NCBI GenBank assembly: GCA_026023565.1
Contig: JAPETS010000013.1
Span: 186,001-250,000, forward strand
Direction: 5' to 3'
Origin: Cirrosporium novae-zelandiae
Taxonomy: Eukaryota
Length of the DNA stretch: 64,000 nucleotides
Made by a program: the position numbers and the translations under genes. Below, in pieces: positions 37,742-48,712 of the stretch (its first letter is position 1; each line of letters begins with the position of its first letter). Under the pieces are notes generated by a model. That model was not told the DNA's origin, did not search any database, and saw only the letters and a list, made by a program, of their open reading frames with translations.

Positions 37742-40218
37742 ATGATGCGGAATAAAGCGTCCAGCTCCATGCAAAAAACCTATGACGAATGCTATTTAAT
37801 ATGTTCTACGGCCATCTATTTTGAAGGGAAGGTGTGTGATGCCTAGACACCTCGATTACCTTGAGTTCCAATGCAAACTGCCCGCTAACATTGTTTCCTT
37901 ATTTACGTAGAACAACGAAACCGAAGCTCTTCGGTCTTGGAAATCAGCACTCGATCAGATATACTATCACAATGCTTATCGAATTCCCGCAAACTATCAA
38001 CCTAAGAATGAAACCGAAAAGGCCCTTCAGGATGCCTTGCGGGATATGGAGAGGCAATGTAAAGAGCGAGTGGATTTGCTGGAAGCGCTGAAACAAAGCC
38101 GCATTGAATCGAAAAAAGACGATGAAGAGTCAAAAGATGGGAAGAAAAAGGTGCCAGGCACATATCAGTCAACCGATGAGGATGTACCGGGATTCATTGG
38201 AGGAGGGACAATACCTGCCATCAATTATCCTGATATCTCTAAGCCTACACCGCAATTGCCTGCACGGCCGAACACTCTCCGTAAAAGGTCCTCGGATTCT
38301 CCTGGTGCGAGGCCAATAATGACCTCTTGTGAGAACGGGTCCCAGTCTTCCGTACCGAAATCGTCGTCGACGTTTGCGCGCACCTTAAGGACCCCGAGCC
38401 CTGACAAAAAGAGTGGCCGCATGAGAATGACACTTCGAGAGCAGCCAAAGGACCGTCATAAGTCTCGAAGGAAATCTTCAAAGGCCATCAAACCAGCCGC
38501 CGCATCAAAAGCTGCAGGATTGGCGTGGGATGCATTGTCAAGGACACCATCAGCAGGACTACCAAGCTCCACTTCAACCCCTAGGAGTAGCACCGACGGA
38601 CCTCGTGGCGACGGTTCTTATTCCCTGAGGCCTTCCGAGGATGATGTTCCCCAAACAACAAGCCGAAGAAGAACAGTTAATACATCAGACGAGCTTGATG
38701 ATTCTGCTTGGCGAGACATTGGCACTGCTCCATCGAGCTGCACGCCTGAGGAATTTTACTATCGAAATTTACCTACGACAGTGGAGCAGCTAAATCTAGG
38801 AGAACACGCCCAGTCCCCACGTTCTGAGGTGCCACCAACTCTGTCGTCGCAGTCATCTGCCTTGTCTGTGCCTGCCGCTTCTTTAGTCTACAGGAGGGAG
38901 TACCCCGAGGCCTCGAACAGCTCTCGGCGTCGAATGAAGGCTGACCTAGCAAGACCTGAAAGTACTGGTCATATAAATCGCTCTTATCCAGCAGATATTT
39001 TGTCACACACGCAATCGGCACCAGATACCCCGAATCATGCATCTACTAACGCGTCAAGCTCCCGAGTAAATCGGAAACGTGTTCCAAATAGACGGCCCAC
39101 AAGTTCCTCCGGCAGCCAAGAAGAACAAAACGATTCGTCGGATTCTTCAAAGCGACGAGCACAGAAATACAAAGATGAAATGAAGGCAGTCTTGAAACGC
39201 CTACCGAAAGGAGTGGATCAAGAAGCCGCCAAGCAGATTATCAATGAAATTGTCGTCAAAGGCGATGAGGTCCATTGGGACGACGTGGCCGGTTTAGATA
39301 TCGCCAAAACAGCTCTCAAGGAGGCAGTTGTTTATCCTTTTCTCCGGCCTGATCTCTTTATGGGCCTTCGAGAACCTGCCCGAGGAATGTTGCTTTTTGG
39401 GCCTCCCGGAACCGGCAAAACCATGCTTGCCAGAGCCGTTGCGACAGAGTCAAAATCCACCTTCTTTGCCATCTCCGCTAGTAGTCTCACATCTAAATGG
39501 TTAGGTGAAAGCGAAAAGCTTGTGAGAGCGCTTTTTGCGCTAGCGAAAGCCCTCGCGCCCTCGATTATTTTTGTTGATGAGATAGATTCTTTACTTTCTG
39601 CTCGATCAAATTCCAACGAACACGAAACTTCCCGTCGCATAAAAACCGAGTTTCTCATTCAGTGGTCCGATCTCCAACGTGCCGCAGCTGGGAGAGATCT
39701 TTCCGCCTCGGACAAGAAGGAAGGGGATGCAAGTCGAGTACTCGTCCTGGCGGCAACCAACATGCCATGGGCTATCGATGAAGCAGCGAGACGAAGATTT
39801 GTCAGGAGACAGTATATCCCGTTACCAGAGGGAAAAGTTAGGGGAGAGCAGTTGAGAAAGCTTCTGGCCAGTCAAAAACATTGTCTGGGCGACCAAGACA
39901 TTGAAGTATTAATCCGACTCACAGAGGGTATGCAACTTTATAATATAAATATATCTATGTTTTTTTCGAATGACCAGACTAACCAGTATCCAACCAGATT
40001 ACTCCGGTAGCGACATTACCGCCCTAGCAAAAGACGCAGCCATGGGACCCCTCCGAAGCCTAGGCGAGGCACTCCTCTCCATGTCTCCCGATCAGATCCG
40101 ACCCATTTCTTTTAACGATTTTGAAACCAGTATTATGGCCATACGACCGAGTGTCAGCAAAGATGGTTTGAAACAGTATGAAGATTGGGCAAAGGAGTTT
40201 GGGGAAAGAGGGGGTTGA
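37742..40218 (+). CDS. Meiotic-clade AAA ATPase, Sap1/Yta6 (spastin/fidgetin-like)
   Basis: Walker A 'GPPGTGKT', Walker B 'IIFVDEID', SRH '[18 protein letters not shown]', Vps4_C-like end 'YEDWAKEFG'. Introns at about 37832-37910 and 39928-39997. Confidence 0.9.
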
Positions 40219-42187
40219 TTTTTTTGGTTTTCTACTCTATAGGATTTTATTCGAGGAATCAGGCGCATGGGTTTTTTTTTCAATCCTACTTCTGGTGTTG
40301 GGGATGTGCATGCGGACGTTTTGTTTGGGTTGGGTTCCGTTGGGCAAACCTCATGGCAAAACACGAGGAGCTTTTTCTTCTTCTCTTTTTTAAACCTAAA
40401 GAAGGCATTTCCAGGGAGCAATTCTCGGACGTGTAGGTAGGTCGGTTGGTTGGTTGGCTGGTTGGTATCAAAACCTTGAGAGAGAAGATATCGAGGACAG
40501 GCAGGCAGGAAGACTGGCAGGCAGAGACACAAAGAACAATAAATGCAAAACCCCTTCCCTCATGGGGGTTTTCTCATACGTGCAGTTATTGTATTGCACT
40601 GTACCTACCTACCATATCCAACATATATTTAGATACCCATCAAACCCATCAAACCCATCACCGTCACCAAAACTAAAACCAAAACCACTAATCAGTCAAT
40701 TAATCAATCAATCAATTAAGCAGTCACCCCCAGACCGATAATGTAATATAATGTAATTAATTGATGTATTATAATGAAAAGGTATCAACCCGAACTAACT
40801 ACCTAGGTACTATACCAAGGTAACTGAAATTCTAAAAGCATGTTAGTGGTTGTGGATGGGTATGGATGGGTATAATGATGTGTTTTTGTTCTTATTCTTA
40901 TTCTCGCTCTTGTTCCTGTTCCTGTTCCTATTCTTGTTGGTCTTGGTTGAGATGATTACTGTTTTTTTTTTCCCTTTCTTTTGTCTTTGGTTCTAGTTTT
41001 GGTTTTATTTCTAGTTCTAACTGTATATATCTTTTTTTTGGTGTGTTTTCGCCCATGAATTAATTAGGTGACGGAGAAGAAAATAGTAATGACGAAAAAA
41101 AAAATGGAGGAAGAAGATTTGGGTTCAGGTTTGGATTGTTCGATTACCTATTACTCATAGCTATAACTATTCCCCTTCTCATTTATCTTCACCACGATCT
41201 GCAATCCTTCAAACCCCAACGCGACAACCATCCCATCATCCCATCATCCCATACCAGTTCGAGGTGGAGAAAATGATGATAGTGGTGGTGGAGGTGGAGG
41301 GGGTATGAGAATGCAACGGAAAGGAGAAAGTATAGCGGAAAGAGGGAAAAGGGATTTTAGGGTTATGGAGTTATGAGAATAAGATTAAGGGTTATATAGT
41401 TATAGTGATAGGATTATAGGGGAGGTAGGTTTGATTGGTTGGTTGATTAGTTGGTTGGTATCAAAATCTTGAGACAAAGAGAGAATATATCGAGGATAGG
41501 CACAGGCAAACAAAGCAAAATAAATGTTAAAACCCCTTCCTCGTGGGGTTTTCCAATACATACGTATAGACTATTGTATTTTATAGCCTTGCTTGCCTCT
41601 CTCTACCTGTTCCTATATTAGGATCTAGTCTATACAGTACGATCCATTACCAAGACCAGTACCTCGGTTAACCCCTTTAAATTGCACTTTCATTTCAAGT
41701 TGAAATGAAAAAAGACTTGTCCCTTACAATTACTGTCCATCATTATTTTACAGCCCGCAAACCACAGATCCCAACGCCTCTCAATACGCAATTGATTAGC
41801 TCTTCTGGTAAGTAGTCGCGACAGGAATGAGAAAACGCCAGATGGATTTGATTATGAGGTGTTATCAAACAAATGTTAAGAGATATGTCCGCACACAACG
41901 AGAAATTAGAAATCTTGAGAATATAACGAGAGTTGCTCTCAAACACAATGGCCGCAAAGCCTTCAACCCCTATTCCTCCGAATCCTTTCCTACAAACCCC
42001 GCAAATACCTATAATCCCCACGGAAGCAGAATCTTCCAATGTGGAGGTAAGAGATTCCCCTCGACATATCCTTAAATACAAAAGTACCTTGGTTGTTGGA
42101 CATCACTTCTTGGACCTCAGCTAACCAAGGCCCATCCTCGATGTCAGCTTTCTTGAACGTGATACAAGAGTTCTCGTTCACCACCAT

Positions 42188-43149
42188 CTATGGCTTGGCT
42201 AGTTTGTTACCAAAGAAAGCGTTCACATCAATGCCTTCAGCTACCCCAACAATTCCCATACCGCTCTGCTTAGCATTGACGTTGCTGATGTCCTGAGTCA
42301 AGTCCGTATTTTTATGTCCCATGTTGATGCTACCGACTAGCAGCTGACCATGGTCACTCATATCAATTTGCCTAATATTTTGTTTCGTCTGGATACGGTG
42401 GATATCCGACAAGAGCCCCTCTAACACCTTTCGAGAATTGCAAAGCCCAGTACGCTGATCTTTAAGTTCCTCTGCTATTTCTGATGGCTCCTTAGCTTGC
42501 TCGTCAACCTCCTTCAATCTCATATTTACTTCTGTAGTCTGTTTATTCGTCTCTTCAATGTCCTTTTTGAGATTACTCTTTTTTGTCAATAAGATGTTTC
42601 TGATATCTTCTGTAATCATGTTCGAGGAAGCGGTATTAAGCCTTTGGGGCACAACGTTAATATAACTTTTTCTTCTAACTGAATTTATTGGTTCCCAGAA
42701 TAGGTTTGCGCATACAAAGTTGCAGTAATAACTGCTGAGTTGACGGTACTCTTGCACGTATTAAGCTGCCCACTCAGTACTTTGATATCAGGCTCTGAGA
42801 ACAATCCTACTCGTACCCGGTCCCGCCAGTGGATCTGGCCATCTGCAGAGTGCTTCATGCATTTTGTGAGTTTAGTCTGAATTTTTTCGCATACTCCTTT
42901 GCAACTGTTAATAACATGGCCTAAGTCAGTTTTGGTATCGTGATTTAGTGTTTCAAATTCTGGCCCTTGTATTGCTGTATCCAAAGTTGCAAAGATCTTC
43001 TCAACCGCCAAGACATCTTCCTTAAGGTCTCTTATCATTTCTGGTGCCCCTTTAATAGCCTGGATATTCTCACGTAGTGCTCTAATGCTTTGCAAGGCAG
43101 GACCTGCAATGCCAATGGCGCCGGCGGTAATACTAAACGGATCTGCCAT
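42188..43149 (-). CDS. HeLo-like (HELL / Helo_like_N) effector with C-terminal two-repeat HET-s-related amyloid motif, about 295 aa
   Basis: N-terminus MADPFSITAGAIGIAG..APEMIRDL is typical of fungal STAND N-terminal/HeLo-like domains. One intron 42642-42715 (GTATGC..ATTAAC..AAG) joins the two ORFs in frame. C-terminal 17-aa pseudo-repeats QNIRQIDMSDHGQLLVG and QDISNVNAKQSGMGIVG, then aromatic tail DVNAFFG. Confidence 0.82.
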
Positions 43150-43865
43150 GATTGTGGTGGCCGGAGGCGTGCAGTGACGAAAAGGATGGATGGATATTAA
43201 ATATAGGCCTTAGTTATAGATATTGATCTTTGGGAGAAGAGGGGTATATTTCACAACCGTGCGTTCAAGCTCATGGCTAAAATTGGGATCAAATTTCCTC
43301 GAAGTCCATGCTGTACCATATGTGATTATATATGAGGTAATGTGTTAAAGGTCAAAGTAGATGGGTATTCATAGAGCTGTCGAGGGAAGATATGTTGACT
43401 GATTGTTGATGGTTTACCTAGGTATCTAGTTGGGAGATGAAGGGACTTATGTATACCCAGGAGACAACTATTTCAAGTCCTCCATACTTCAAGATTTCAA
43501 CTTGCAAGGTTGTTTCTGCAGTACACTACTATAAGGTGGGGTCTCCTGATCCTCTAGCAGTCCCTCTAGCAGTCGCTACGGCAATCAATGAGCTCCTTCC
43601 TCTCAATTAGTTCCTTTAATATTGACCTACGAGAGGTAAGCTGAGCTTTAGCTCTATCAAGAAAACCACCAAGACTTCGAATGATTGGTGCTATAGACGC
43701 CAGCTATCTTCAAACCCTGCTGTATAGGCCCTAAATCATATATCCAAACACGGTACTCAACTCGGTCTGCGTCTATCCATGCTCTGAACTACCTTGCCAT
43801 TTCAAAAAAAAAAAAACTCGCAACTTTTGCCAAAGTTCTTTACAGCTTTAATCGATCATGTTGCA

Positions 43866-45275
43866 ATGAGCTCGACAGGTATTAATCAGAAAATATCAAA
43901 TATTAAAGCAAGCGATGGCTCGCGGTTGTTTGTAGGAAATAACACAACCAATATCGTAAATCAAAGTAAGTAACGTCTATTTCGGCAACTTGTTAGAGCC
44001 TAGCCTAACTTTACTATGGATGGAGACGCTAGAGACCTGCTCCAGCTGCTTCCTTCCGCTCCTCGGGCGGCGTTTAATGCTTCGGGAAAAGACGACGACC
44101 CTCTTTGCCTTCCTAATACTCGAGTGGATCTTCTCAGGCAGATAAGGACATGGGCTGATGGAGATGATAAGAAGTATATCTTTTAGTTAAACGGTATTGC
44201 GGGCACTGGAAAATCCACCATAGCTCGTACGATTGCCCGTGAATACTACGACAAGAAATACCTTGGGGGAAGTTTCTTTTTCTCTAGAAGTGAAAAAGAT
44301 GTTAGTCATGCCGGCAACTTTGTTGGTAGTATTGCTGTGCAGCTAGCCAGATTTCCAGTTCTTAAGGATGTGATTTCCGATGCAATATCAAACCACAATG
44401 GAGTCGTCGACATGATCCTTCTTGATCAATGGAAAATTTTTGTTCTCGAGCCGCTGTCCAAGTTAGAAATCGATTCGGCATGGCTGATTATCGTGATCGA
44501 TGCTTTAGATGAATGTGAGAACAAGAGCGACATTTGACAAGTTCTTAAACTTTTGGCTAGCGTTCGAGACTTACAAACTATTCGTTTTAAAGTCTTAATA
44601 ACGAGCAGACCTGAAACATCTATCTGATTTGGCTTCTCACAAGTTGAAAAATCCGACCGTCAAGATTGTGCTCTTCACGACATATCTCGGGATTATGTGA
44701 ACCAAGATATTTTTACCTTCCTAGAAAATAAATTCGAAATGATTAGAGAGAAGTATCAGATTGGTTTAGATTGGCCAACCAAACATGATATAAGGCGTTT
44801 GGTCGATAAAGCTGCAGGTTTATTTATATGGGCCGCAACTGCTTGGCGGTATATCGACGAAGGCGACCAACGATTTGCTCGAAAACGATTATCTGATATC
44901 ATCCAAGACTATGGCTCTATCACTAAATCGGAAATCGAACTCAACAAGATATACATCAAAGTTCTTGAGAATCCTGTTAGTCCCCTTTTTGATAAACAGG
45001 AGAAGCGTCTTTGTTACACAGCCCAAAGAGAAATTCTTGGAACCATTATTAACCTATATTCACCACTCTCTGTTTCCTCTCTTGCTAGATTACTGCAAAT
45101 GCCGATAGAAAATATCAATAGGGCGTTAGCAGGCCTCCATTCCGTTTTGAATATACCAGAGGATTTAGACCGTCCAATCTGTCTATATCATCCTTCATTC
45201 CGTGACTTCCTGTTTGACAAAAAACGATGCAGTGATTTACACCTAGTAGACTAGAATGAGGCACATGCAACTTGA
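43866..45275 (+). pseudogene. NACHT-type fungal NLR (HET-E/NWD2-like) with N-terminal amyloid motif, nonsense-disrupted and truncated before any sensor repeats
   Basis: Exon 1 MSSTGINQKISNIKASDGSRLFVGNNTTNIVNQ, intron from 43966 (GTAAGT..CCTAAC). Then 'AAFN..CLPNTRVDLL..I..W', Walker A 'GIAGTGKST', 'LGGSFFFSR', Walker B 'IVIDALDEC', 'LITSRPE', 'AAGLFIWAAT', 'HPSFRDFL'. In-frame stops at 44184, 44535, 44625 and 45252. Confidence 0.88.
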
Positions 45276-45562
45276 ATCTTCTTCCCCCCTTCTCTCTCTT
45301 CCCACCCCCCCACCCCCCCAGTGTTTATTAGCTTTTATAAAACCCTTCTCTCCAACTCCAATCTTCACTCCTGTAACCCTCCCCAAACCCCCAAAGCCCC
45401 CCCACATAAACCCTTCAACCTCCCAATCCTATCCATTTATCCATTCCATTCCTACCTCTATGGATAGGATGGAAATATAATATAAATACCTAGGTAAGAC
45501 GGAACCCCCCCCTCCCCTCCCCTCTCCCTAGGTGACCCTAATATCCATATTAATAATAATAA

Positions 45563-45692
45563 CCCTCAGCCAAAGAAACAAACTCTCCTTCTTCTTCTTT
45601 TTGTCATTCACTTTCCCACCATAAATCCCTCAGCCAAAGAAACAAACTCTCCTTCTTCTTTTTGTCATTCACTTTCCCACCATAAATCCCTC
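45563..45692 (+). repeat. Tandem duplication of a 61-64 bp unit
   Basis: ccctcagccaaagaaacaaactctccttcttc(ttc)tttttgtcattcactttcccaccataaat occurs twice back to back (starts 45563 and 45627). Confidence 0.9.
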
Positions 45693-46832
45693 CACACGAT
45701 CTACAATCCATGATTTCTCAATCCCCCTCAAACTTCAAACTTTAGATTTAAATCTTTAACACGAATAATATCACAGCACGGACAAATTATATCAACCCCG
45801 AACCAGTTCGAGTGAGGGGAAAAAAAAAAAAAAAAAAGGTGGCGGTGTCACAAAGGAAGGAAGAGTAGAGCACTAAGATGAGGCTCTAGGCCTGCGGACC
45901 GAAGGCAGGCGGAACGTAGATGGGAATGTGGCGGCGCTACGTAGCGCCGATAAAAGTAACGCATTACAAATAGAATAGGGATTTTATATAGAAAAAAAAA
46001 AAGAAACTGGGAAAGGCCAGCTTTCAGTCTTGTATTATATTGGTATACTACTATTAAGATACTACTACGTTACGCGCAAGCAACGCACCTGTACCGCTAC
46101 CCACACTATCGGAGCCCAATCCTTGACAATAACCTAGAGCCTGGTAGATGAATAGATATCGATGAAACCCTTTGATTTGATAATATGTGCAAATAAAAAA
46201 AAATAGGTCTGGGGGAATTAAAGTACGAGGAGGGGGGCTGTGGTTAAATAGGTCAGTCATCACCTGTAAATATTATAATCAACAGTCAACTAAAGGGGCA
46301 AACTGGGGGGAGGAAGGGAGGCAAGCTTTCAAAAACTATTCCCCCCTCTCTAAAAAAGTACCAAGTACATCTAGCTGTCCTCTTCCTCATCTACACATCC
46401 ACGGAAAATAAAATGTAGACGAAGAAAATAATAATAAATAATAAATAATAATAATAATAATAAATGTGTGTATTTCACCGAAAAAACAAACGATTCGTTC
46501 ACCCCCCCCTCCTCCTAACCCCCTTCCCCCACGACGCCCATTTATATTAAGCAAATATCAACCAAGCCCAAAAGTTCCTGGTATCGCGCGCAAAGGCATT
46601 AATGATTATTAGCAAGGCCCATCCATGGTTCAAAAAAAATAAAAAAAACCCTTACACCTCAATGCACGTATGCATGCTTCCTGACAATTTAGTAACGCCG
46701 TATCCATCTTGGCGCCGAGCAGAACAATAATACAAAAAAAAAAAAACATGAAGAGCAATGGAAGGAGGAAAAATAAAAAATAGAGGGTTGGAAGTCTCAG
46801 GCTTCCTATCCTACCTTGAACGGACTCTTCCC

Positions 46833-48712
46833 TTAGCCCATGCGCGGTCCTACTATCCCGCTATTCATATTTCTTGTCATTTTATCTGCCTTTTCCCTAC
46901 TTGGGGTCTGTTCTCCTGGCTTGGCCATATGATTAGCCACTTGAACAACACTCAATACAGATTTCTTTGCCTCCTCCAAACCTCCTAGTTGCGCGCCTAA
47001 TAGTTTCTTCGCTACTTCCTCTACCCCCGCACCATCCTCCCTCAACCAATCCACACCAAAACATCTCCCAACAAGCCTCACCGTCGTCTCGTCAGCAGGT
47101 GCGAAATGAGCACTTCTGCTTCCTGAAAGCATTTGAAGAAGTCGTAGAATTTCATCCCGTTTGTAGTGAGGGGGGTAACGGAGTTGGGTGTGTGCTAGTA
47201 GCGGATGAAAGACGCGGAGGTATGTGTGTCTTAGGGATGCGGCTTCTTCGGGGAGGTCGAGTAGATTACGAATCATGACATCGACGAGAACATGTAGGTC
47301 GTTTGTGTAGAAGTATTCATAGGTTTGACGGTTGGTGAATAAAAGGTATAGGAGTTTGAGGATAAGAAGTTGAAGAGAGGTTTCGCCTAGGAGGTGGTTA
47401 GTGGAACCAATAAGGAAATGGTAATAATGGTAGGGTCACTACGTACTCTCGCGGTTAAGAAGTATAATAATGTTTTCGCCAAAGGTCTTGTATTGTAAAC
47501 CATGGTAGGAAAGTACCTTGATAACCTTATTCGTTAACTGAATGGATGGATTTTGTCTAGGTCCTGGATCATGCGCTGCAACCATGTATTGCTCATTCAA
47601 GACCAACTGCAAGTAATTAGTATCTTTCTTTGCAAAATTACCAAAGGGATTCCTACCAATACTCTTATAACGGGGTAGTGATAAGGATCATCTACATCAT
47701 CAGAAAGCTCCTCAATTGTTTCGAATAATGAACATATGAACCCATCTTCGATTAAAGCTGTTCCCGCGAAGTTAGTATATCTCTAGCATCCTGTTATTCG
47801 GCCACCAATATCCCTAGAAACGTACATAAATCGTCAATGTGTATCCTCTGAATTCTAGACATTTCGTAGAACAATTCCAACAGCAGCCGATTCAACCCAT
47901 CATCATCATCATCTTTCTGTGACTGTATCAATTCTAATAGTCTGGGAAAGGCCCCTTCCTGATTCATCATCTCGAAAGTATCTTCATTTTGGCGGCCGTC
48001 CGAGAGGAGAAAGGAGACAACGAGGTGAAGAGTTGCGGGGTCGTCTTCCTATTTGCCCACCGAGTCAGCATTTCCGTATGTAAATGGCTTGAATTTTGAA
48101 TCTTGGAACCACAAACCTGTAAGAGTCCATATATGATCTGTCGTCTTACGTAGTCTTTGTGGGCGCAGAAAAGTGTTGACTGCAATAGCTTGTAGGAGCA
48201 CTTCGCAACGTCATATTCAGAAGGCAAATATTCCCCTGTCCGTTCCAAAAAATGTTAACCTCGTCACTTTCGAGTTATCCGAATAAATGTGGTAATGACC
48301 TTTGTATTTTGTAGTGAAGCTTAGGTATGACCGTAGAGCATTATCAATAAGGGCATGCGATTGACAGTTGGCGGAGACAATGTCATCGATTTCTAATATT
48401 GAGAATGTCAGCTTGCGGACTCGAGTGACGATCAGCTTGTGGTAATGTCTTGCATGCTACTGCCACTCAGATTGACAACTTCTTGACCGCGACCTCCGAG
48501 GTTCCTCCAGCTTTGTTAATTTCGAGTCAACATGCAGTCTTCGTCAGAGTTCTCCTACAGTCCCGTCGAGTCCCTGGAATGGCATTGTCAAGATGGTCGA
48601 ATCCAAGCGGCAGCAGCGTAACGAAAAAAAACGTTAGTACAGCGGGGAAAGAGCACGCACCATCCCAAAATTGCTGCTCATTGTCGAGGGTATAAGAAAC
48701 TTCAAACTCCAT
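46833..48712 (-). CDS. LDB17: Ldb17/Dip1 (SPIN90/WISH family Arp2/3 activator, DUF2013)
   Basis: [24 protein letters not shown], '[12 protein letters not shown]', 'VLNEQYMVA', 'FGENIILLLNRE', '[21 protein letters not shown]...[13 protein letters not shown]'. Multi-exon, intron 1 at 48393-48660. Confidence 0.85.

Noticed and set aside
41743..42187. Short ORFs just downstream of the HeLo-like effector as a third cassette gene
   Set aside because: No recognisable motif in any frame. Probably effector 3' flank or a decayed sequence.
45563..45692. CRISPR-like array
   Set aside because: Only two adjacent copies with no spacers, in a eukaryotic genome. It is a simple tandem duplication.
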